Origin: Candidatus Altimarinota bacterium
Lineage (GTDB): Bacteria; Patescibacteriota; Gracilibacteria; UBA1369
DNA: 32,000 nucleotides
NCBI GenBank assembly: GCA_041659405.1
Contig: JBAZYK010000001.1
Coordinates: 120,001-152,000, forward strand
Direction: 5' to 3'
The translations under genes were made by a program, and so were the position numbers. The notes beneath the pieces were generated by a model, which saw nothing but the letters and a program-made list of their open reading frames with translations, was not told where the DNA came from and made no database searches. Of the stretch, positions 16,434 to 24,106 are shown one piece after another. Numbering within the stretch: the first letter of the stretch is position 1; every line of letters begins with the position of its first letter.

Positions 16434-17424
16434 TATTTTTAAGAATAAGTTCCGGCTTGACTTGGCTTTTTTTAGCCATTTTCAAGGTCGTTTCCCCACT
16501 TAAAACCAGGGCGCTTGTGATCCCGTAATCGTTGGCGCCTTTTATGTCTGTGTAAAGGCGATCGCCGATCATGATCATCTCGTTTTTGGTGCATTTAAGT
16601 CGTTTTTGGAGTTGCTGGTAAATGATTGGCTGCGGCTTGCCAATGATGACGGGCTTGCGGGTGGTTGCGCGCGCCTTGGTTGCGTCTCCCTCTTTAGCCT
16701 GATTGGTCGCAGAGAAAGCTGTTTCAAAGGCATTTAGCAATGTGCCAATATCAGGATGAAATCCATCGGTAGTGGGCACAAGCGTGTCCGGATGAGTCGC
16801 ATAAAAAGGCACTCCGGCCATGATGTAATCGTAAGCGATGCAGAATTTTTGGTAATTGAAAGTGGTGTCAAAAGTAAGAACTACTGCTTGAGGCAGGGCT
16901 TTCGAGCGCGCAGAACTTTCTTTAAAAAAGCTGATCGCTGAACTCATTTCCGGGTCAGGTCGTTGCGCATTATGCGCCGTTGATTTTTTTGAAGATTGTG
17001 ATGAATGCGTGTGCGCGCGCACAGATTCATGGCTGTTTTCTGGCTTATTTAAGCTATTTTGAGTTTTATTTTCTTCGTCAAGCTTTATAAGTTCAAATCC
17101 CGCCTCTACAAATTCACGCTCAACTTCCGGCGTGGCCATTAAAAAAATCCTGCGCAAACCTTGCTGCTGTAGATATTCAATCGTTGCATTCAGACTCGTA
17201 TAGATTTCATCTTCTTTTGGAGCCAGCCCAATTTTGTTTAGCTTCTGCAGATATTCGGCTGTGCTTTTGGAAGAATTATTACTCAAAAAAATCGGTTTGC
17301 GCCCGCTATCACGCAAAGTTTTAATAAATTTTTTAGTGTATGGGAAAAGTTTAGAACCGCGGTAAAGCGTTCCATCCAAATCCAACAAAAAATATTTTTT
17401 ATACTGGAGAATAGAATTTGGCAC
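16411..17424 (-). CDS. HAD-superfamily subfamily IIA hydrolase (NagD/UmpH-like sugar phosphatase) with a ~50-aa low-complexity insert
   Basis: YFLLDLDGTLYRGSKLFPYTKKFIKTLRDSGRKPIFLSNNSSKS (DxDGT motif I plus the SNNS motif), GKPQP and MIGDRLYTDI (motif IV). Confidence 0.85.
   Translation of the reverse strand: MPNSILQYKKYFLLDLDGTLYRGSKLFPYTKKFIKTLRDSGRKPIFLSNNSSKSTAEYLQKLNKIGLAPKEDEIYTSLNATIEYLQQQGLRRIFLMATPEVEREFVEAGFELIKLDEENKTQNSLNKPENSHESVRAHTHSSQSSKKSTAHNAQRPDPEMSSAISFFKESSARSKALPQAVVLTFDTTFNYQKFCIAYDYIMAGVPFYATHPDTLVPTTDGFHPDIGTLLNAFETAFSATNQAKEGDATKARATTRKPVIIGKPQPIIYQQLQKRLKCTKNEMIMIGDRLYTDIKGANDYGITSALVLSGETTLKMAKKSQVKPELILKNIGEIINF
17002..17030. repeat. Family 2 GC-rich palindrome inside the HAD CDS
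   Basis: TGAATgcgTGTGCGCGCGCACAgATTCA. The 18-mer TGTGCGCGCGCACAGATT (17010-17027) is identical to 12011-12028. Translated in frame as HESVRAHTH inside the insert. Confidence 0.75.
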
Positions 17425-17534
17425 AAATAAATTGGTGAAGGCTTGTTTTTAGCCCGCTTATTGTATTCTTTTTGAGATAACTCCTCAAACAAATCTAATG
17501 GTCAGCTTTTTCCCAAAAATCCTGCCAATTTTCA

Positions 17535-18407
17535 TCAACTGTTTCGTTCGGTTGTCACCAATCCATATTCCTTGTGATCCTCTTTTTTTTCAAGCAGATA
17601 ACTCAGCAAAATGTAACCGGCGGTCAGGTATGGAACAATCAAAAAGGTCCAGTTCATCTCTAAAAATAGATTAAAAAGGGCATGCAAACCAATCGCAATC
17701 AGCAGGCCTTCCATCATTTTTTCTTCTTTGAAACGGACGTCTTTTTTAAAATGGAAAATCCTGGCCATGGTTCTAAAAATCGGCCAACGTTTTTTGTTAT
17801 GCTCATCCTGTAAAACCGGTCCCGCAAACTGGGCAAGGCCATAGTAATAGCCCAAAACTCCCGAAAACATTAAGTGGGCAAAAGTTGAAAATAGTGAGCG
17901 GAAAACGAAAGGATAAAAAATATTTTCCGGACCACGGTTGGTAATAATCGTATTAAAATAAATGATGTTTTCGATGAAAGCAAAGCCAAGCGCGGCAGTT
18001 ACCGCAATTTCAATCGCATCATCAACGGAACAGATTTTTCCGCGATCTGTGGCTTTCATAGCCCAAAATTTGGTCACCTCTTCAATCACTCCAACAATCA
18101 AAAATGTCAAAATAACTTCAAGTGGAATAAGGCCAAAACTCGCAAATCCAATCAGATCGTCCTTGAACGGATGCGTGTATTGGAAGGCATTAAGCCAGGG
18201 AAAGTATTGCCACATGTATTTGTAAACCATTAGCGGCGCAACCGAAACTGCGCCTGCAATAAACGTAATCAGCGACATGCTTTTTTTACCGACCTGTTTT
18301 TTATAAAAAATGTAGCCCCAAATGCAGGCCGGAACGATGGCCAGAAGAATGGAAAGGGCGATTTTAACAAAATTTTCTGTAAAAATACTGGTGAGAGCTG
18401 TGGGCAT
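17535..18407 (-). CDS. PrsW-family intramembrane metalloprotease
   Basis: Polytopic membrane protein with GVIEEVTKFWA (EExxK), FAHLMFSG and GLHALFNLFLE (HxxxN) motifs characteristic of PrsW. Confidence 0.8.
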   Translation of the reverse strand: MPTALTSIFTENFVKIALSILLAIVPACIWGYIFYKKQVGKKSMSLITFIAGAVSVAPLMVYKYMWQYFPWLNAFQYTHPFKDDLIGFASFGLIPLEVILTFLIVGVIEEVTKFWAMKATDRGKICSVDDAIEIAVTAALGFAFIENIIYFNTIITNRGPENIFYPFVFRSLFSTFAHLMFSGVLGYYYGLAQFAGPVLQDEHNKKRWPIFRTMARIFHFKKDVRFKEEKMMEGLLIAIGLHALFNLFLEMNWTFLIVPYLTAGYILLSYLLEKKEDHKEYGLVTTERNS

Positions 18408-18451
18408 TTTGATTTTGTTTTTATTTTGGATTCGGCTTTTGACGTTATGTT

Positions 18452-18480
18452 ATTATAACACCTTTCGCCGATTTTTGCCA
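18452..18480 (-). promoter_or_regulatory. Putative promoter of the PrsW-like gene
   Basis: Minus strand reads TGGCAA-17 nt-TATAAT with a TGt extended -10. The -10 lies about 45 nt upstream of the ATG at 18407. Confidence 0.45.
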
Positions 18481-18496
18481 GGATTTTAAAAAGGCC

Positions 18497-19864
18497 TTAG
18501 AATGGCTGATCTTCCACAGCCGCGTGCATTTTATTTGCAATTTTTGTTTTTAAATTTAACTGCTGATGTTGGCGAATAGTTTTTTCACCGAGATTGAGGT
18601 CGGCGGCGAGGTCCGGTTCGATTTCATGAGTTGCCGTAATAATGGTTTGATGCGTTTGAATGGCTTCCAACAGCATTCTTTGGCGACTACCATCAAGCTC
18701 GGAGAAAACGTCATCCAATAAAAGTAAAGGCTTTTGGCCGGATTTTTGCTGATAAAATTCAAGCTCCAAAAGTTTAAGACTTAGCAGCAATGAACGATAT
18801 TCCCCGCGAGAAGCATGCTGTGAAAGTGGCAGCCCATTCAGGTAAAACACCAGGTCATCACGGTGCGGCCCGATGCTGGTGTGTTCGGATTTGAAATCTT
18901 TAGGTTGAGCGGCCTTGAGCGCTTTTTGATAAGCTTCCTTAATTTGTTCGAGTGAAATGTTGCTGATGGATTCCGCTGTTGTGCGGGAATCCGCCGTACT
19001 TGAAAAATTTGTTTTTTTTGCGGAATCACCTGTTGGCAAATAATCACCCAAACAATGTTGATAGTGAGCGGTAACTTCCTCATTCCCCTGCGAAATTTTT
19101 CGGTACTGCGCCTGCAAATTTTGATGAAAAAATTCAATTGATTTGGCGCGTTCCTGAATCAGAACACTGCCGTTTTCAATCAGCTGCTCGTCCCAAATTT
19201 CCACGTCGGCAGCTTTGGCATATCCATCTTTCAACTGATGCAAAAGCGTGTTTCTTTGATCCAAAATACGACGATATGCCCGCAAAGCCTGATAATATTT
19301 TTTGTTGATTTGAAGATTCAAAATATCCAGATAACGACGGCGTAAATCCGGCCCCAGATAAAGCATATTCAAATCTTCCGGATGAAAAAACACCACCTGA
19401 AATGAGCCGATAAAATTGGCGGCACTGGTCTTAACACCATTTTTTTTGTGAACCTTGCCAGGATGCGGAGGTCGACCTAAAAAAACCTCAAGCTCAAAGG
19501 GCTGGTTGTAGCTGGAATTGAAAAATTGAGATAGCCCCGTGGTGGAATTGGCGCTCAAACTGTCAGCGGTTCGTTTTAAAAATTCGGCATCTGCAGCGGG
19601 GTGTCCTGTAGCGCGGTTCGACGCGGCATCTACCGCAAAAAAGCCTTTAACACGCCCAAATTCGGTTTCCCACTGGACCATATCTTCGTGATTATTGGTG
19701 CGAAAAGATTTGGTCAGCGCCAACAAATAAATGGCTTCAAGAATGTTAGTTTTGCCCTGCGCATTTTCGCCCACGATGTAGGTTACGGGCTGACTTGAGT
19801 CAAACTCGAGCTCGAATTTTTGGTGATTACGGAACTGTTCTAAAATGAGTTTTTTCAGATGCAT
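18497..19864 (-). CDS. recF: DNA replication/repair protein RecF, with lineage-specific inserts
   Basis: MHLKKLILEQFRNHQKFELEF...YIVGENAQGKTNILEAIYLLALTKSFRT (Walker A), ...LLLLDDVFSELD (Walker B), and the SMC-like signature region. Confidence 0.9.
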   Translation of the reverse strand: MHLKKLILEQFRNHQKFELEFDSSQPVTYIVGENAQGKTNILEAIYLLALTKSFRTNNHEDMVQWETEFGRVKGFFAVDAASNRATGHPAADAEFLKRTADSLSANSTTGLSQFFNSSYNQPFELEVFLGRPPHPGKVHKKNGVKTSAANFIGSFQVVFFHPEDLNMLYLGPDLRRRYLDILNLQINKKYYQALRAYRRILDQRNTLLHQLKDGYAKAADVEIWDEQLIENGSVLIQERAKSIEFFHQNLQAQYRKISQGNEEVTAHYQHCLGDYLPTGDSAKKTNFSSTADSRTTAESISNISLEQIKEAYQKALKAAQPKDFKSEHTSIGPHRDDLVFYLNGLPLSQHASRGEYRSLLLSLKLLELEFYQQKSGQKPLLLLDDVFSELDGSRQRMLLEAIQTHQTIITATHEIEPDLAADLNLGEKTIRQHQQLNLKTKIANKMHAAVEDQPF

Positions 19865-20058
19865 GGTGGAGTTTTAGCGGGGATGCGCGTAAGAAATTTC
19901 AGGGTACATGGGCGTGTTTTGCGCGTTGTTTTGCGTGTGGCTCCCTTATAGCATCCACTAGCCCCATGGTCAATTTTGAATCCCTAGAGTCGCATGCTTT
20001 GAAAGGCATTTGGCCCAAAGTCGACTCTGCCCAAATGCTCTGATTTTTTGTACATGTC

Positions 20059-20127
20059 GATCACGCGGGTGGGGCTCTAAATCTCTGCACTTTCCGATCA
20101 CGCGGGGAAAGCTCTAAACCGTTGCAC
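20059..20127. repeat. Tandem imperfect duplication of the 3' coding end of the HNH gene
   Basis: GATCACGCGGGTGGGGCTCTAAATCTCTGCAC (20059-20090) versus GATCACGCGGGGAAAGCTCTAAACCGTTGCAC (20096-20127); 25 of 32 positions identical. On the minus strand they read VQRFRAPPA* and VQRFRAFPA*. Confidence 0.8.
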
Positions 20128-21132
20128 AACCTGATCAATCACATACTTTGCTTTGCCGATTTCGCTGGTTACATCAGCCGATTTTCGGACTTTCCACAAC
20201 CTTGGCGACAAATCTTCATTTTCAATTAGTCCCAAATGTGCAATGCGTTCGTGTGCCTTGCATAAGCCATAAAGCCGATCAGAGTCGTGAACATTTTCGA
20301 GCGCAAATCTTTGCGTGTGGTGTTTGATGTTGAGTTTTTTATTGCAGCCCGGAAACGCGCACTGGCCGTTGGTTCTTGAAGTAACATATCGGTCGATTTT
20401 GGCCGGAATATGCCGCGAATCGGTCTTCACCGGATCCGGTTTTTGCTCTTCAAGATGTTCTTCACGCATCTGCAAAAGTTGTTTCATCAGATCATTCCAG
20501 TCACCATTTTCGCCTTTAAGTTTTTCCAGTTGAGCCAGAATTTCCGGATCAAGCTGCATGGCCACAAGCTTTTTGACGGATTGAAAAGTTTCTGGCGTAT
20601 TCGGGATTTTCGGGACGTCCCAAGAAATATCCTCAGATTTTGGCTCAAATAAGCCAATTTGATTTTGGCCGGTTTCATTGTTTGTATGATGCAAGTTTTT
20701 GTTTTGCAAATTTTCAGTATCGAAATTTTCAACTTTCTTAAATTCTTGAACGTAGGTTCTTAAGGTGTGATTGCTCATTTCCATCGCTTTTTCAGCCCAG
20801 AAATTCGCATCTTCTTGAGTCGCGATTTTCACTAATGGCCGAACCGCATTAATTCCTTTTGTTTCCACAACTTTCAGCAAAGCCGGTTTGTCTTCAATTT
20901 TCTTCAAAACCCACAAAGCATCATCGACCGAAGGATGGCTCATCCCCGCCAACTTTGCCGCATATTCGTAAATGTCCCTGAAACCTTTTTTCTTCCAAAT
21001 TTCGTACTTTTCGATTTCTGGAAGCAGTAAAGAGCACTTCCAAATCCATTCCTTGGCGTTCCTGCCAAACGTTACAAATTTTTCATGCAGAATTTTTTCC
21101 TGAACCGTTATTTTTTGAAGATTTGTTTGCAT
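20098..21132 (-). CDS. HNH endonuclease domain protein (344 aa)
   Basis: C-terminal CAFPGCNKKLNIKHHTQRFALENVHDSDRLYGLCKAHERIAHLG fits an HNH/His-Me finger (C..C...H H ... C..H..H). The N-terminal helical region resembles the DUF222-type HNH proteins often found as multi-copy genes. Confidence 0.8.
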   Translation of the reverse strand: MQTNLQKITVQEKILHEKFVTFGRNAKEWIWKCSLLLPEIEKYEIWKKKGFRDIYEYAAKLAGMSHPSVDDALWVLKKIEDKPALLKVVETKGINAVRPLVKIATQEDANFWAEKAMEMSNHTLRTYVQEFKKVENFDTENLQNKNLHHTNNETGQNQIGLFEPKSEDISWDVPKIPNTPETFQSVKKLVAMQLDPEILAQLEKLKGENGDWNDLMKQLLQMREEHLEEQKPDPVKTDSRHIPAKIDRYVTSRTNGQCAFPGCNKKLNIKHHTQRFALENVHDSDRLYGLCKAHERIAHLGLIENEDLSPRLWKVRKSADVTSEIGKAKYVIDQVVQRFRAFPA

Positions 21133-21355
21133 ATTTTCTTGGGTTAAATTTTGAATAAAATTCCATGTATGTCATATCCAAATTTTCCCTCTGTTTAGGC
21201 AATAAATCCACACTAAATCCTCAAATCATGATGACTAATTTGATAGATATTTTATGGGTGAGTGTATACTCACCTTAACCATTTCTTTTCAGTAAATTTT
21301 GCATTCGTAAGTAATATTGTATTACGATTGTTTACTAATTACTTTTCTATAATTT

Positions 21356-21508
21356 ATGCGATCCATATTGAACATTGACCTCCGAGACAAAAAACCAAAA
21401 GAAGAACTCATCAGTGAAGATGAACTTTTAAATATGGCAAAAATAGCTGAACAAGAATATAAAACCGGCAAAACCAAAACTCTTAAAAGCCTAAAAGATT
21501 TGATGTAA
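21356..21508 (+). CDS. Possible small ORF (50 aa), antitoxin-like C-terminus
   Basis: MRSILNIDLRDKKPKEELISEDELLNMAKIAEQEYKTGKTKTLKSLKDLM. Below the ORF-track size cut-off; found by reading the sequence. A TATAAT at 21347-21352 is too close to the ATG to serve it unless the transcript is leaderless-like. Confidence 0.3.
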   Translation: MRSILNIDLRDKKPKEELISEDELLNMAKIAEQEYKTGKTKTLKSLKDLM

Positions 21509-21632
21509 GCCTATATCGGTTGGTTTTCACGCACCATGAAAATCCATTTTATTTGATTATTTTGACGTACAAAGCACCTTTAGCTAAACTCATCGGTGTC
21601 TAATCAGTCTGAATTTTTAAAAAACTACGATA

Positions 21633-23450
21633 ATGAATGATACCAAGCAAAAATCACCGGAAGAAGAAGAGCTCCACGGCATGCGCCATACTTGCTCGCA
21701 TATGCTGGCGCAGGCGATTTTGGAAATGTTTCCGGATGCCAAGTTGGCGATTGGGCCAACCATTGAAAATGGCTTTTATTATGATTTTGATTTGCCGCGA
21801 ACTTTGATTCCGGAAGATTTGGAACTTTTACAGGGAAAAATGGAAAGAATCGCTAATGAAAGACAAATTTTTGAAAGATTGGAAGAGCCTGTTGAAAAAG
21901 CGATCGAGTTTTTTAAGAAAGTTGGACAGCCTTATAAAATGGAAATTGCGTCGGATCTTAAAGATGGAGGTGAAAAAATCGTGACCTTCTATGAGAACCG
22001 TTTGCCGGCTAATTATAAAGGTAAAAGCGGTAATCCCGGTGATCTTAAATTTTCGGATTTGTGTCGCGGTGGGCACACTGAAAATACCGGAAAAACAGGT
22101 GTATTTAAGTTAACAAAAATTGCCGGAGCGTACTGGCGCGGTGATGAAAAACGTCCGATGTTACAGCGTATTTATGGTGTTTGTTTTAAGACCAAACAGG
22201 AACTCCATGATTATTTACAACATCTGGAAGAAGCCAAAAAACGCGATCATCGCAAACTCGGCAAAGAACTTGAACTCTTTACGATTATTGACGAAATTGG
22301 CCCGGGCATGCCGCTTTTTTATCCTAAGGGCGCAATTTTAAGACGCACTTTGGAAAACTATATTACCGAATTGCAGGAACGACGTGGTTATTTGCCGATC
22401 TGGATCCCACATATCACCAAAGGCCGTCTTTATGAAATTTCCGGACATCTGCAAAAATATGACGCAATGTATCCGCCAATGTCTTTGCAGGATGAGGCTG
22501 ATTATTATTTGAAGCCGATGAACTGTCCGCATTTTATGATGCTTTATAAGAGTTTGCCGCATTCTTACCGTGATCTTCCGGTGCGTTATGTTTGCACGAC
22601 CACCAATTATCGCTATGAAAAATCCGGAGAATTGAATGGACTGACCCGCGTTCGCGCGCTGACACAGGACGATTGTCATGTGTTTATGCGACCGGATCAG
22701 ATCGGGCAGGAGATTAATTTGATGCTGGATATGGTTGCGGATGTTTATAAAACTTTTGGTTTTAATGATTTCTGGGTGCGCATTTCTACGCATGATCCTG
22801 CCAATAAAGAAAAATATATCGGCGATCCCGAGATTTGGAAAAACAGTGAAGCGGCGCTACAAGACTTGATTGAAAAACGTGGTTGGAAGCATGAAATCGG
22901 CGTGGGAGAAGCGGCTTTCTATGGACCTAAACTGGACTTTATTTTCAAAGATGTTTTGGGCCGTGACTGGCAACTTTCCACGATTCAGTTGGATATGAAT
23001 TTGCCGCAAAGATTTGACCTTGAATATGTAACTGCTGAAGGTGGCAAAGAAAGACCGGTAGTTGTCCACAGGGCTATTCTTGGCTCTACTGAACGCTTTT
23101 TAGGTATTTTGATTGAGCACTTTGGTGGTTCTTTCCCAACCTGGTTGGCTCCACTTCAGGTGATGATTTTGCCGGTTTCGGAAAAGCATCTTGAATATGG
23201 TCGAAAACTGCATGAAGATTTTTTGGACAAAGGCATTCGCGTTGAAATAGACGAAAACAATGAAAGCCTTGGCAAAAAAATTCGCGCGGCCGAACTTAAA
23301 AAAGTGCCTTACATGCTGATCGTGGGCGACAAGGAAGTGGAAAGTGGTGACGTTTCCGTCCGCAGCAGAAAGACCAAAGATCAAACTACAATGAGTAAGG
23401 ATGAGTTTGCGTCAAAGATTCTGGAGGAAACAAAGACCAGAAGTTTGTAA
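21633..23450 (+). CDS. thrS: Threonine--tRNA ligase, lacking the N-terminal TGS domain
   Basis: HGMRHTCSHMLAQAILEMFPDAKLAIGPTIENGFYYDFD (editing/SAD HxxxH region), class II core motifs (YLKPMNCPHFMMLY, RVRALTQDDCHVF, GEAAFYGPKLDF), and the anticodon-binding tail. Confidence 0.95.
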   Translation: MNDTKQKSPEEEELHGMRHTCSHMLAQAILEMFPDAKLAIGPTIENGFYYDFDLPRTLIPEDLELLQGKMERIANERQIFERLEEPVEKAIEFFKKVGQPYKMEIASDLKDGGEKIVTFYENRLPANYKGKSGNPGDLKFSDLCRGGHTENTGKTGVFKLTKIAGAYWRGDEKRPMLQRIYGVCFKTKQELHDYLQHLEEAKKRDHRKLGKELELFTIIDEIGPGMPLFYPKGAILRRTLENYITELQERRGYLPIWIPHITKGRLYEISGHLQKYDAMYPPMSLQDEADYYLKPMNCPHFMMLYKSLPHSYRDLPVRYVCTTTNYRYEKSGELNGLTRVRALTQDDCHVFMRPDQIGQEINLMLDMVADVYKTFGFNDFWVRISTHDPANKEKYIGDPEIWKNSEAALQDLIEKRGWKHEIGVGEAAFYGPKLDFIFKDVLGRDWQLSTIQLDMNLPQRFDLEYVTAEGGKERPVVVHRAILGSTERFLGILIEHFGGSFPTWLAPLQVMILPVSEKHLEYGRKLHEDFLDKGIRVEIDENNESLGKKIRAAELKKVPYMLIVGDKEVESGDVSVRSRKTKDQTTMSKDEFASKILEETKTRSL

Positions 23451-23460
23451 TCGCAAATAA

Positions 23461-23504
23461 AGCTCGCTCAGCTTGCGGTAGAAATAGGCACTTCGCGCGT
23501 GCTT
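23461..23504 (+). repeat. Dispersed GC-rich repeat, family 1, copy C (best-preserved copy)
   Basis: AGCTCGCTCAGCTTGCGGTAGAAATAGGCACTTCGCGCGTGCTT. Two small hairpin modules (AAGCTcgctcAGCTT; AGCACttcgcgcGTGCT). Occupies most of the 61-nt gap between convergent thrS and the 158-aa ORF. Confidence 0.75.
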
Positions 23505-23511
23505 GAATAAA

Positions 23512-23988
23512 TTAAGCAACGTCTGATTCATCGTCCGCTCTGTCATCATCTGGAGATTGCTCAGCTTCATCAACTGAACCTGCTTTCGGTGGAGTTGTTG
23601 ATGGGCGTACCCGACTGATCGGTCCTCCTTGTCCGTGAATTTTTTCTCTGGTTTCCCCACTAAGCCTTTTGATCGTTCTGAGCACCTTTGCATTATCCTT
23701 CTCTGTTCTACCGGGAATTCCGGAAATCCCTTTTAAGAGCAAAATTCTTTCTGCTTGCGTCAAGCCTTTGGATAACTGATCATTAGTTAAAAATGCAGCA
23801 AATGATTCTTGGTCGATAGGTTTATAGAAACTATGGTTATGTCTATTACGCAAAGCTAGAGCCTTGATACGGGCCTGTTGATAAGCCACTAGGTCAATTG
23901 GGTATCTATCCACCCCACTTTGGGGAGATTCATCATCGCGCCCACTTTCCGGGCCTTGTTTTTCAGGTGATGTATTTCCATGGTTCAT
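23512..23988 (-). CDS. Hypothetical protein (158 aa) with disordered acidic termini
   Basis: ATG-initiated ORF downstream of the 724-aa ORF on the same strand (118-nt gap). No recognisable domain. Confidence 0.55.
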   Translation of the reverse strand: MNHGNTSPEKQGPESGRDDESPQSGVDRYPIDLVAYQQARIKALALRNRHNHSFYKPIDQESFAAFLTNDQLSKGLTQAERILLLKGISGIPGRTEKDNAKVLRTIKRLSGETREKIHGQGGPISRVRPSTTPPKAGSVDEAEQSPDDDRADDESDVA

Positions 23989-24106
23989 CTCAATTTTGTT
24001 ATATTTTATTAAATCTTTTCTATTTTACACCTTTCGTGACTTATGTCAATGTCCGCCGGTGGTTTGATGTTGGCTTGATGTGGTCGACCTGGTCTTTCTG
24101 TGGCTA

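Noticed and set aside
17283-17492. ORF 17283-17492 (-), 69 aa, overlapping the HAD gene start
   Set aside because: It is out of frame with and largely nested in the HAD CDS and the upstream spacer, and its composition is not protein-like.
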